From Antedon mediterranea (taxonomy: Eukaryota > Animalia > Echinodermata), in NCBI RefSeq assembly GCF_964355755.1, contig NC_092671.1, positions 12,772,001-12,836,000 of the forward strand: a DNA stretch of 64,000 bases, in the 5' to 3' direction. The first letter of the stretch is position 1. Each line of letters opens with the position of its first letter. This document shows, in pieces, positions 39,401 through 54,400 of the stretch. Under the pieces are notes generated by a model. The model was given only the letters and a program-made list of their open reading frames with translations, made no database searches and was not told the DNA's origin. The translations under genes were made by a program, and so were the position numbers.

Positions 39401-42400
39401 TAATCTTGCATCTTTAGATAGTGAGGGTGAGAAAGAATTGAGGATGCGTTTAGAGGAGCTGAGGTCAGGCCTTTCAAGTTCAGGATCTTCTGTAATTGAT
39501 GATCAGGAATTGTCTATAAGAACACTCAGTGTGACTGGATCAAGTTGCAATACACCACTTTCTATAGAAGATAATACTTTATCAGTTGATTTAAAAGAAA
39601 CAGGCCATGCAGATCAACCTGAAGTATCATTAGATGACGACATTTCAGACATTGAAATTCTTAATCGATCATCTTCTTCAGTAAACCTAGAACATGTTTC
39701 AAGTCCACGACAAAATCAGAAAATACGGTTAAAACGGCATGATCCCAAATTTCCTGAAATGGCAGCTAATTTATTAGATATTAGTAATCCTTATGAAATG
39801 ATCAAGGAAGCAGAGTCAAAGAACAAAGACTCATCAGTAGAAATGATGGCTGATGTTTTATCAAGCCAAATTGTCATTGAAGGACTCTACGACTATTCAA
39901 CTAGTAAAATAAACACTACTACTCAGAACTCAACTACACAAAAAATTGCTACAATTGGAAACGCAGCAAAGAACCATACACATTATTTGAAAAATGTGAG
40001 CTCTTTTGCCGACAATGTTGTAGCTGAGATATTAATTGATGCAGCTCTTCGAATAAAAGATGTCACAAAATCTATGAACAAATATAAAACTAAAGAAATG
40101 CTTGATACAAATGTTCACCATGGAAGTAGTCTATCGCATAAAGTTCTAAATGAAATTATCAAAGTAGCATCAGAGAATGCTTCCCAGACAAACAATATAG
40201 ACCTGGAGATATTTGATGATGTACTACATGAAATCATGCTGCAGGAATCAGCAGAATTTTTGAATCCCATTGTTTCTAAAGAAGTGAGGTGCTGTAGTTC
40301 TGTAGAAAACTGTTTAGAAAATACATCAGACGACACTTTAGAATTAAGACCAACATCTGACCAGAAGAATGATGTAGTTGTAGAAGAATTCCATTCTGAA
40401 ATTAGAATACCCATACATCAACCAGTAATTTCAATTTCTTCCACTAATACACTTTTGTTTTCTACTAAAGAGGACAACCTACAGAAGACTACAGAAACAC
40501 AACAAGAGACTGTAAATTCCAAGATTCTTGACACACATCAGGAAATAATAATACCCATACAATTACCTTCACCAACTGTTCCTACTGTATTTGTTAATGA
40601 GGAACCGAAAGAAGAAAAAGAAGCTTCAACAACCTTAAAGAAAGTTAAAGCAAGAAATATACTCTCTGGCTTTCTTGGTAATGCAATGCTTCTTGAACAA
40701 CAACAACTAAAACCAACTGTAAAGCTATCAAGAAGTCAGTCTGATCGAATTCAAAGACCAGTGCAAACATCACATGACAAATTGAAAAGGAATTCAACAG
40801 ATCCAGATGTATTACTGAAAAGATGTTTGTCAGAAAGAAGAAAGCAGGCTAAAGAGTCAACTCAATCAAATGAACTGAAACAAACCGATAGTTTCATGCC
40901 TTCTCCAAATGAACCTGAAATTGTTACTCTGCTTCAATTGGATTTATATAACACAGAACAAGTAACAGATGCAAATGACGTTCAACATGTGGACAATAAT
41001 TCAAAAATAGAACCAACAAAAGTTGTTCAGTCACTTACAATTGACTTGTGTAATGTTGAACAAACAACTGATGACAATACTGAAAGTACATCTCAAGATG
41101 ATGCTAATGTGCTAGATAAAAAAGATGATCTAGAACAGATTAGAATCAATGAACACACAAATGATGAGAATGAATTATCTATAGAACCAGAACATGTACT
41201 ATTGTCTCAAACAATTGACAAAAACAACTCACATGATAATGAATCAATGGATAAACAAAATGTGATTTCTTCTGAAGCACCAACTCCTGTGTCAAATGAA
41301 CATATTTTGGAAGCAATAAAGGAAATCAAAGATGAAAATGTTCAGAGCAATGAAAATATAATATCTGAAAAGCAGGAGGAGATGGTAAAAAGCTCACTTT
41401 CCAGAAGTATGTCTGCAAGAATTCCTATTAGACGAAAGTCACATTCATTTATTAGTAAAGATCCTAGGTATTTAAGTTGGCAAGCTCAAAGGGTAAATCA
41501 CAAGAAAAGTACAGGTGAACCTAGGACAGTACCAAGCCGTACCCAGAGCTTGATATTACCTAGAACACAATTTAGTGATCAGCAGATAGTTGAAGAGAAA
41601 GAGATTAAACAAAGTGTAATTGATACTATTTACAAGGAACAAAAAGGTGATGAATATGATCAGGAAATTGTCAAAGGTAATGATGAAGCCGACAGCAGGA
41701 AAACTGAAGAGGAGAAAGATTCTATTGGGAAGCAAGTTGTTGAAAATCCAATTGAACCAACACAAGAAAATGAAAATAATTTGAACAATCATGTAACCAC
41801 TAGTGAACAATTAAATGAATACAAAACAACAGTCAGTGATCAAGAAAACCGAGATGAATTTATGTCTGAAAATAAACTGTCTGTACAGATACCAGAAAAG
41901 ATGAAGCAACGTGAACGACCAATATCTTCACTTATAAGTATGTTTGAGACAACAATTCAATCAAGTCCAAGAAATTCGAAGGTACATGAATTTGGATTAA
42001 CATTTAAACATGATGAAAAAGAAAAGAAGGCAAAACCAGTGAATAGAAGTCAATCAATGATGTGCAGAAGGACAGAAACTATCATTCCTAGAAAACCTGA
42101 TAACAGACTAAGTATGGATGGTAGTGTGCATTTGAACCAGCTAGAAAGATTGAATGTTTCTATAGATATTACCAAACCAGAAGAGACAGGCAATGAAAAG
42201 ATTGAAGTTGAAACACAAAACCGTTCACTTAGTTTATCAGATGTATCTAAAAAATATGTTAACAGTAGTGTTGAGGATGTTACTTTTGAAACTGGAGCTG
42301 AACGACTGAATTCTTCAGACCATGAAGATGATGATGTCTTTAGTTTACCAATCATGGAAGACTCTTCATGTGATGAAGAGCTTTTAGATTCTAAATCTAA

Positions 42401-45400
42401 AAGTACTTCACGTTCAGAACAGAGTCTTATATCAACACAGTCAAGTTCAGAATCAGCATCTTTTGAAAGTGCCCCAACCTTCATACAACCACTCTCACCT
42501 GTTGAAGTTCAAGATGGTGAGTCTGTGAGGTTAGAGGTGAAAGTGGTTGGAAATCCAGAACCAGAGATCAAATGGTTTAGAGATGGTAATGAGCTACAAG
42601 AAGATCAGCATTATCAGTATGTTCTTGATGAAGATGACACCTGGTCATTAATTTTGGCGGAAGCTACACCGGCTGATGCTGGAGAGTTTACTTGTCAAGC
42701 AGAGAACTGTCATGGTTCTGTTTCCTGTAAAGCATACCTCAACGTAGAAGGTGAGAAACTCTTGACCTCATTTTAATATACTCCCAAAGGTGAAAGGAAA
42801 TTTAATTATACTGTGTTTTCAAATCTGCTAGTTTCTTTGTAGGCCATTTCTATGCAAAACAACTTTTCATTGTACATATTTTTAAATAGAAAATAGATAG
42901 AGAAATGCCAAAAAGATATTATATTCACTTATTAATTTGGTTAATTTTTAAATTTGTACATGAATTAAAATATAATATAGAAATATTATGACTTACTAGT
43001 GTTTTAACAAACATTTTAAAAATTAAAAGTCCTTTTAAAACTCAACCTCTACTTTTATTAGAAGACCCTGCAACTGTAACAGAAGATGAGATTTCTTCGG
43101 AACTAGGGGACTCAAGAACAAAAAAAGATACAGAGACTGTTGCCAGACTTCTGAAAGAACATAAAGAAAAGAGGTTAAGAAATGGTTCCTTATCAACATC
43201 AGGAGCAGAGGAGGTAACATTTCTAAATAAGTTTTCACTTGTTTACTTACATTAGCATGTAATATGCAAACTAACTTTGAAAAGCCAACTAAAGTCTACT
43301 ATTGAGAAATTAGTTTACTAATACATAATCCATATGAACCACATACTTTGTGAAGTTGTTGTTATTATATCCTTGTTATTGCCAAGTTTTTAAATAAAGG
43401 ATTAAATGAATTAAATGTATTGGAATGTTAGTAAAACAACAGATCAATATGTATACATATCCAAAGTTGTTAGGATTGAGGCAACTTCTGAAATATGTTT
43501 AAAAAGAAAAGCATAGTATTAAAAGCATTATACTTCTGAAATCTGAACAAAATACAATTATATTAAAATGTAAGCTGTTTCATTGTACAAACTATTGACA
43601 GTTGATTATATGATTTTTGATAGGAAATGTTTTGTCGATATATTGTTTTGGAAAACTACCAAAGTGATAAACTGAACATCCAACAAGGAGATGAAGTAGA
43701 GGTTCTAGAATCACAATCTGAGGAGAGATGGTTAATTAAACACATTGAAGATTCATCTATGGTATGTAATAGATTATATATGTCATTTTAATTATCCAAC
43801 AACCTTCTATTTCCTATTGTAAATTTGTAATCCTTGAAGATTAAGATATATTTAATTTAGGATGTCATTAAGGCTAAATAGTGGGATGAATAACGTTTAT
43901 ATTTTAATGCTTAAAGTGATTGTAGTTTGTATAAAACCATTATAATTAATTTTCTTATAACCTATGATATCCATTTATCTACTTTAAAGTTTCTTACCGT
44001 TTTAAAACACATATTGACTGAAAACAATAAACTAAATTTGGTATCTTATTTTAATATTGTAAATGTTTATTTGTTTTAATTTTTTTATTTTAAATTCCCA
44101 ACGCCATCGAGTCATATTGGTTTGTGTTGATATCAAGACGATACTATATTCATATCATAACTACTACTAATTTTTCTATTGTTAAGTTTTGTCAATATGA
44201 TCACAATTGTTATTTTTGCTTTAGATTGGTTATGTTCCTGCCTCTCTGCTGGAAAAGCTTGATGAAGATGATAGTGGCCAATCCAAAAGGAACAGTGTTA
44301 AACTTGCCATTCAAGAACTCTTCCCGGAAATTGGTAACTTAACGCCTGATTCATAAAATAATTATTAATTGTATAACTTTTTTACGGAAGGAAAAATACT
44401 GTCATTAATTTCTTTTAAGAAGGACACAGTAACGAGTCATAATGATTAAGTTAAATTGTTTGTTTAATTGAGGCAAGTTTATAATGGGTTTTTCTAGTGA
44501 ACAAAAAACAATTGGGGCCTTATGGTAACAGAATGCATATTTGTTGTTGGCTAAATGAAATTATAAATGATATGTTTTGCACAAATTTGACTTTTATTGC
44601 CAATATATTATCTGGTTTCCACGCCTATATTTGATATCAATAAATTATTCCACATTGGATACAATTGTATAAGTTATTAAGTTTATATTTTTCTTAAATA
44701 TAGTACCAACTGCTGAATCTATGCAGGAAAACAAACTGAAAAGAAAGCTGAGTGCTAAAGAAAGGTTGTTGACAATGAGGCAATACTCTGACCAAGATGA
44801 TGTAAAGGATGTAAGTGTGTTTTTGTATTTAAAAACCACAAACAATTAATATGTGTTTATATGTTTGCATTATCGATTGATCCAGTGTGCTAATGGTAGA
44901 TTTTCTGCATATGAAAAGAGGAAATTCTGGGTTTGAATCTTGGTTAGGGTGGCTTTTCTCATACATATTTCCACATTTTACTGTTTTTAAATAATACTAA
45001 TTAATTTCCAGGATATCACCAGTTTACACAAATACACCTGTAAAACTTCCTGAAAGTATTGTTTTATTATTTCATTTATTATTAATATGTAATGTTTATT
45101 AAGACTAGGAAAATAGGCTATGTTCCATAAATGACACGTTTTGCTTTAATAACAAAAATCGGAAAGAAATATTCTATACTGTCTAGTTTTGTTCATGTTG
45201 TCCACTGATCAGTTTGCGAAAAGCCAACATTCATAATATCACCTTTTGAGAAGGTTGTTATTGCAACGTTGACCAAGTTTTGACTTTACTACTTTATCAG
45301 GAGTGAAACTGCAATTCCTTTGAGGAATATGTTTAACCAAATTACTCTACTGCATATAAGAGTAGATCAAGGGGGAAAATAAATATTGCCATCTTAAGCT

Positions 45401-48400
45401 TTGTCTACACTATCAAACTAGTTTGACAAAAAAGTTTGATGTCCAAAAATATGGTAGTGATATGCCCAAATATGGTAGTGGTATGACATCATCATGTCCA
45501 TATAGGCACATCACATTTGTCACATCACATAAAATTTTATAGCGTAGACAGCTTTTTAGCAATGCTGTTCATTGAATCAAACCAACCAGCAAAATTATGT
45601 TAATATCTGATATTGTTTGACCCACTATTTCAAAATCCTGGATCCGCTACTATAATTTATCATCTAATTTGATTTAAAAGTCATGAGTTTTAAAAGTCAT
45701 TAGGTCAGGATTGAACCCTGGACCTTGTTATTGGAAGGCAATCAGTTAACCACCAGCTTCTCTAGTGATACCAAATGCTTATTAGAGTTGTTCTATGAAT
45801 CAAACCAGCACAATTTGGTCATATCTAATATACATTAGATTTATGTTTATATGGAAATTTAATTATCAAGTTTGTCTAAAATGCTATACAATACTTGCTT
45901 CAATTTTAGTAGTATGAAAATGTACTGAACTTAGCTCATTTTTTTATTGGTGGAAATGATAAAGTTATTATAACTAGGCATGGAAATGAGTCATCAGTCT
46001 TGGTTTCAATTTATTAAGTTATTACTTTATATTTAATAAAAAGTTTGCAACTTTTTCTGCTATATTACATAATGTTTATCAATATTAATTTCTTTGATGG
46101 CTATGAACAATCATAATATAACTGTCATGCTATTTATAAATTATATTACAACATATTAATAGAGAAATAGTAATATACATACCAATAAAATTCTGATGTT
46201 ATTTATACAGAGTTTTGATATGTGCGTGGCAATAGCGTCCTATATTCCAGTTGAAGAAGATGTTGATCACATTCCATTAGTCGAAGGACAATATGTAGAG
46301 ATCTTAGACTCAGATGGTGCAATTGAATGGCTTGTGCAAACTAAACCAACAAAGGTCAACCCTCCAAGGCGAGGATGGGTTCCTGCCAGCCACCTCATGA
46401 AAGACCGTGCTACCATGGTTCCTGGACAAACCGAGTCGTTAAACCGGATGATATCAAGAGTAATATTGGATGAAAGTGATTCTGACTTAGCTGGAACTAA
46501 AAAACAAGAAGCTCTCATCAAAAGAAGGTTAGTATATCTATAATAAAATAATGTTTAACAATTCAAATTCTTTACTTGTTTACGGAGCTCAGCAATGCTG
46601 GGTCCGGAGTCGAGGCTAGGCTATGCCTATAAGCCCCTTTTGATAATTACATCAACTCTTGAATATGGCGCAAATTTAAGAGGGTGGTTGGACCATGCCC
46701 GTTCAAGACCGGACTTAAATTGATTGGTTGATCTTGAAGCTACTACATCCTCCGATAACGAATTCCATAATATAATAGCTTTTCGACCAAATGAGTCCCT
46801 CATCCAATTTGTGCGTGAGAACTTAAATTTTAATTTAAAAGAATGACCACGTGTTCTAACATCTTCATCACGCTCAAAAAAAGAATCAGCAGAAATACTA
46901 TCCACTCCATGTAAAATTTTAAAAATCTGTATCAAATGAGCTCTTTGCCTTCTGTATGCGAGAGTATAGGTTGAGAATTTTCAGCCTTTCAGAATAAGGT
47001 AAATGACGAATGGAAAAAATGGAAAAAATAAGCTTGGTGGCACGTTCTTGGACTTTTTCCAATAGGTCTTCCTCCTTACAATGCAGCGAGTTAAAAACAA
47101 CGTTGCAGTATTCCAAGGTCGGACGAATAATAGCTTTATATAAACGAAGAAACCCATCCATATTTAAAAACTTGAACTTTGCTATGAACAATCATAATAT
47201 AACTGTAAAATATAGGATGTAATGTTAACAGTCTTACCCCTGATGTAACTCCGATAGACCACAATTTACCTCCAATAGGCTAAAGAGTGTATAAACATAG
47301 CTGTTAAAAGTTAGAACCTCCAAGCTTATAATTCATCCATAAAAAATTAATATTGTTTTTATTCTTTAGGTATGTTCTAGAAGAATTGCTGCAGACAGAA
47401 AGAGCTTTTGTAAAGAATATGATGTTTTGTTTAGAAACATACCTTCCATTGGTTGAGGACCAGAATGCACCACCAGCTGTTAAAGGAAAAAAAGATGTGC
47501 TCTTCTTAAATTTTGAGAAAATCTGTGACTTTCATAAAAAGTAAGTTGTTTACAATAAATCTATGACTGCGACAAACACCTGCAAAATAGGATTGTTTTT
47601 TTACAACATCTTGCAAGATTCATGTCCATACTGTATATAGCAAAAATACATTTCCGCCAACATTGTTTTTTAAAACATGCATAATATAGTTATAATGCAT
47701 ATATAAACTAAGATTTTTAAAATGTTTAAAATTCAGGTTACTTCATTGTAAACATTTCATCATTATAGTTTTAGGTCTTTTTATATTTCTGTAAAATACA
47801 AAAATGTTTCTATCAAGTCTACAATTGAAAACAATTGCTGCAATCAAGAAATATTCATATTATAATGTAAAAATTTCAGTTTAATAAACGCATGCAGATA
47901 AATATCGGGACTACATTTATTTTACTATTTCCTTTCGTTGCAATTGCCAAAGCTGTCAAAGCTTTATCTGACACAAAATGTGGACATGATGATGTCATAT
48001 CACTACCAGATTTGGGTATATCTCTACCATATTTGGGCACATCACACTTTTTTGTCAAACTAGTTTGATAGTATAGACAGAGTTTAAGATTGCCGTCAAA
48101 GCACTTATTAAACAAAAGAATGGAAAAACAGAAAAAAGTTCTTTTTAAAAAATTGTCAGCAGATTGCATTGATTATAACGAATGGCCTTTAATTTCCTGT
48201 TGCTAAGAGAGTTGTATTAACATTTTCATCTACCACTTAAAGCCAAGCAATTTTCTTTGCAATAATATATGCGAAGAGTTTTCTTGAAACTAGGAAGAAA
48301 TAGGTCATGTGTCAATTTACCAACTTCCTTTAAACACGGCTTGCTGTTTCGTCTGTCATATTATCATTGACTTTAAACTTTCCCTTAATCTATCCCATAG

Positions 48401-51400
48401 GCCATATTATGATAGACAAAATTTCCTGTTTTTCACATTATTTTATTTGACAGATTCAGATTACATTCCCTTGATCTTACCTATATTTTTGTCTTCAAAT
48501 TTTTACCTGATTATTATAATTATGAATAGTTTATATGTTTTGTGTAGACATTGTTATACGAAATAAAAAGGCGAGTTAATATACTAAGCACTCCTCAGAT
48601 ATTCAAAGTGAAAATGAGACAATTTACTAAAAATGTATCAATATTACTTCATGTCTGTACATTTATGTAATCTCTTTTGATTTTTTTTACATATGTTAAA
48701 GATATATTTCCACCCCCACGCCCGAAAATAATTATTATTGAGTTTTTGGCTAAATTTAACTGTTCATTTTGTCTTTTTTATAAGTGAAAACGGTTTTTTT
48801 TTCTACGCAAGTAATTTACTTATTAAAACTGCGAAATTGCATACTCAAAGTCTTTTTTTTATTATTCTTCATTTTTCATGTTTTTTGGGGACAATGCATC
48901 TTTAAAGCTTAATATATTAAATGCACTAAATAAATATAATAATCTAATACACAGCCGGCTATAAAAGGCTTACAGACACAGTATGTTTATGCAATTTAAT
49001 GATAAAGTATATTTTCACTTTTTCATTATTTATTATTCACAAATTTTTACAGCACCTTTGTAAAAGAGTTAGAAGAGTGTGGAAATGACGCTTACAGTGT
49101 AGGTAGAGCTTTCATTAAATGGGTAAGAATAATTTGTTCTCAAAATTAATTTACAAGGTTATTTAACGTTATAGTAGTATAATATATAATAGTAAAATAA
49201 AGTTGAAGAGATACTGTATATTTCCTATATCATTTAACATCTAAGGAAATATTTATCCTATTTATTTTATTCAAAAAACAACTGAACATATAATAATATA
49301 CAGTGACGCTTTAAGAAATGTTTACATTTTTTTTTTCTGTAGCAATGCAATTTTGAATATCACGTGCAATACTGCAAAAACAAACCGAGGTCAGAGAACT
49401 GCCTAACACCTACTGTCAAAGCCTGCTTTGATGTGAGTATGATTGAATAGGCCTACATTTTAATTTCATAAACGGATATTCCATACCACACCCAATTACC
49501 TTATAAATTAACAGGATGATCAATTTAGAAAACAATGGACATACAGAGTTAATACAATTAACACAATTTAGATATTATTGAACAAATTGATTTAATTTGC
49601 TTAAATGTATTGCTTTTTTTTACATTATCTTAGGAATATCTTCGTAGTAAAGGCATAGTGGATAAATTTAGTTTATCAGATTATCTGATTAAACCAGTGC
49701 AACGGCTTACTAAGTACCAGCTTCTACTTAAGGAGGTTGTGAAGTATACATCAAGAGCTAAAGAAGACTGTATTGAACTAGAGGTAAAAATGAACAATAA
49801 TGTTAAACTGCATATCCATGTAAAGTAGGCATTGCAGGACTCTATATTTTATAGATCTTACTATATTTGTTTTAATTTACGGTCTTTCATCTGGATCTTA
49901 ATATTTTTTTTTTTAGCGTAGATGCTAATCAAGGCCGTAGTGAGAGTTTAAAGATGCTTTATAATATAATTATTAATAAAAAATATGACAATTTGTGCTG
50001 GGAACTTGGGGTGGGTGGTGAAAATTGAGAATTTCAGATAAGGCGAGCGCCTTGTTTATAATAATTAAAACAAAATGAAATAACAATGATAGCAATAATG
50101 TTAATAGAATAATTACGATGATGATAGAGTATCAAACATTATATATTCTATGCCTAAAATCATCAATCCATTTATCACTGAAAGTCTACACCTGGCCTAC
50201 CATGAATCTCTCCAATATAATTATTAATAATGACAGGCTGATCATAAGTTGATTGACACATATATTGACCTTGTATTTCTTAATTTTCTAGATGGCATTG
50301 AATGTAATGATGCAAGTACCTAAAAGGGCTAATGACTTAATGCACATCAGTCTCATCGAAGGCTTCCAGGTAAAACTAATGTGCTCTTTATGATTGGTAC
50401 TCAGGTTAAGACATTAATCTATGACAAATTACTGTTTCCTTCTCATATATCTGCGATAGAATTCTATAGAGACATGAATACTAGTAATTAGGTAATGTTT
50501 AATTTTTAACATGCATTTGTCACAAAATCAGGTTACAAGTACATATGATCTATATATCAATTACTGAAATCACACAATCTGACCTACTTTACAAAATTTG
50601 GTTATAACTATTTAATTGATTATCCTTTCTTTAATAAATGTACATTAAAATTTTAAATTTAAAACTGTAAGTATATATACAAATAAAACTAACCTGCAAT
50701 ATACTAATATATTTGGAATAAGAATATACTAATGATGAATTTCTAAGACACAAAAGACTAACATTCCTCCGAACTAGACAGGAAATTAAAAGGCGATATA
50801 ACCCAGTAGGCCTGATAGTAAACTCAATATTGCTTTATGATGATAATAGTATTTTTTACATTTCCTCTCACTAATGGCTTTAAGTTAAAATAATGAGGTA
50901 TTTGTCCTATATGGTAGACTGGCTATTTAGAAGCAAATTCAGGTCAGTGTATAATTCACACAGACCTAGCTGCTACACTGAGGTTTACTAAACTAATGTA
51001 CTATAATAAGAATTAGTTATGTGTAAGGCAACACACAGATTAATGCTATATTAAATCATAGCATATAAAGTAGTTAATATCAAATATAGGTTATGCTTTG
51101 ATTTGAACAAAGAAACAACTAAAAACAAATTGCCACATAACTAGGACACAACATTGCGGATTAAATTGTCAATTATATGCTTTCACCTTTTTTTCAAGGG
51201 CAACATTAATGATCTTGGAAAGCTGTATCGCCAGGAGGACTACACAGTGTGGACAGGAAAGCAGAAAGGGAGGGGAAAAGAACGGCATGTGTTTCTATTT
51301 AAAGATCTTATTATGCTTACTAAGATCAAGAAAGATCCCCGCTCTGAAGGGTTTACATATGCTTACAAGAACCACATGACGGTAAGTATCTGTGGCTCAG

Positions 51401-54400
51401 ACTTATACCATGGAGTTTTTTACTCCATGCTTATACATACTTACCTCGCAAAGTGGGTCTGGGGGAACTCACACCAAGTATTACAACCAGTACCAAACTG
51501 AGAGAGGCGATAGGAGTAATGATACTGTTGGTAAAAATGAAAGAATATTGAAATAGAGTATGTTATATAAGGAACAGTGCCATAAGGTGACAAATGTTCC
51601 AAAACAAGTGTAAAATGGTACTGCTAGGCCTACTCCTAATTTAGAGTAGAACCCCTATTAAGGACACCTTGGGGGCCCAACTAACAGTGACCCCTTAATA
51701 GGGGTGTCCCTTGAATACCAGTTTTGGTAATGTTAAACATAATTGTCCATTTAATGGGGAAGTTTCCCCTTAATATAGATTGATTGAATTGATTGAATTT
51801 ATTTGGTTCATACATAAAATACATTATAAAATAGACGACAAACAGTACATCAAATTCAAAAGACAACACCAGAAAAGTACAAAAAACAGAAGGTGTCAAA
51901 CAATGGAAACAGAACAAAATGAACCAAGGATAATTAGATAAAGTTTCACATTTTCAGTGTAACTTATTTCCATCTAAGTCCTTATGTACATTTAACTGAG
52001 ACAAATTGACATCTTAAAAAAGTTATATAAACAAAAAAGTAAACGCTCGCAAAAAAGTAAATAGGTCCCCTGAATAGGAATATTGGGTATCTATTGTACA
52101 TCTATGGGAGAGCTTTAGAGGGATCATCAATTTTTTTTCATTTCTTAATATAAACATAAAAAGGCACAATCATAACAGAATAAATTCATTCACATTCATC
52201 CTATTGGAACATGAATGAAGCTAAAAAAAGAACAATTGTTTTTTTATTTGGCAAACTCAACTGTGTTATTGTTATTGTTGTGATACAGCACATTTTAAAA
52301 CCAACATTTGTGCCAACTACATCAATGTGATGTCAATTATATTATGACATTATTTTGAAAGATAAAACACTTTTATGTTTGAATGTTTTGAAATAGCAAT
52401 AATCAAATTATGAATGTATTATATCAATGATCCTGGTTAATAAATTGATAGATATTGTTTTGAACACAAAACATTGTATGACCTTCAGAAAAATGAAAAT
52501 GTGCTTTTAGAGCAGAAACATTAAAACATAATGTATCTAGAGACCTAGATTGCTCCTTTTTCATTGTATGAATTGTATGAAGTATCCAGTCAGGTAATAG
52601 ACATATTATTTGCAAATTAGAATTTCATTATCCTTCGTCAACAATGTGATCCAATATAGAAGTTATGTATGTCAGTATAGGCCATCTTTTAACAGTTCAT
52701 ACTTTGAATGCAGATCTCACCGAGCCAATGGCATAACACAAGGGGAAAATGCTCATGGTTTAGGGGCCCTCCAACGCTGGGTAGTTGCATTGGGCTTCTC
52801 ATGCTCTTGGGCCTTTGGATTTAGCCAGAGAACATTCAGAGCTGTTACGCCATTTCACCGAGCAATGGTATCTACTACTACAATACTACTGTAGATATAA
52901 ACTTACAACTGAATGAATGTGTTGTGGCATCTTGACCATTTGTTCTAGGTTAAATTCCGGTTCTGATTCACTATCAGGAGTGCTCTCCCGAATTAGCATA
53001 GCGCCGTTCATCAAACTTCAATACAACTTAGTTTAGAAGTACTGTATTTTCTTCCTATAATTAAAACAGTCTTGCTATGTAAGATACCTGAAAAAATAAA
53101 ATAAATGTTATTGACTAAGGTAATTTAATTTTATGTTAGATACCTGGCATAGGAATGACAGAAGAATCTAGAGATGAAAGATGTTTTGAATTGTGGTATG
53201 GCAAAGCATCATCTTCCCTTAGCATGACATTACAGGTAAGAGTGAACATAATGATACAATATTACAAAAAGGTGGTACACTTAAACATACACAGTTAAAT
53301 ACACTATTATACAATTAGTTAAGTCTTATTCAAAATTGATTCACCTATGAAATGATTATGTTTTATAGGCAAAAACAAAGTATGTAAAAGAGGCTTGGGT
53401 AAAAGAAATAAGAAGTCTACTTGAACAGAAACAAATGGAAATGTTAGAAGCAAAAGCCAGCGTGGAGAGGATTTATGGTATTAAAGTTTATGCTGTAATA
53501 TTAATGTTTATTGACATGGTATTTTCATAGTAGGCCTATTGAAGATGACAAAATTATGTCATTACAGTATAAAAAAAGAAAAATAATAACTAAAACCAAT
53601 AGTAAAAATACCTGTATTCTTTTAAAAGATCATACAAAATGTGTAATCTTATGATGGTTTCACTTTTGTAAAGCCTGCCCTCTCTAAAATAAGAAAGTAA
53701 TAACAAAATAAACACAAAGCTTATAAAAAGATGCCCTTTATTACAAATTGTTAGCTCTACTTTTCCATTTAATGAACACCAAATCTTAATGAAAAATTTA
53801 ATAAAGATCAAAACAGAAAATCAGTAAACTCTAAACACCCATCTCATTCAACTTTTGATATTACCTATTATAAAACAGGTGCATTACATCAAACAAGAAG
53901 TTCTATACGATCAGCCAGTTCAATTTCATCACTCAATTCCGAGCCAGGTAGTGCGCCCTCTCCATAGATGTTGCATGTTGTCTGTCTATCTGGTTTTAAT
54001 ATGTTAACTAATTCTCTAATATCTTTTATCTATAGAACTTTTTTTTTACTTTTGTCTAAATATTACTAATAAAAACATATTACTTTTGTAACATGACATT
54101 TTCTGACAATTACAGTTTCTACTTTCTAATTAGGTAATTTAATTTAGTTTACTTTATACGGACATTTCTATATTTTCTTTTTTCTAGTAACTCTTTTATT
54201 TGTGCATGTTAAACTATCAATTATGTATAGCTTTGTAATGTGTTTGTTGATTTATATCTATGAGTAGCTATTTATTCACAATGCAAAAAGGGATACTGTA
54301 CATCAGTAGATAAATACCTATATTATATAGATTCCTCCAGCATTATAGGGGGGGCTAAATATTTCATAAATGATAAAAACAATCCATTGGGTTGCAGAAA

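Noticed and set aside
44880-45760. Functional tRNA genes
   Set aside because: Only degenerate A- and B-box similarity; acceptor and anticodon stems cannot be paired, so they are treated as SINE relics.
46627-47191. Nested antisense protein-coding gene
   Set aside because: A frameshifted, 5'-truncated CR1 LINE remnant, not an intact gene.
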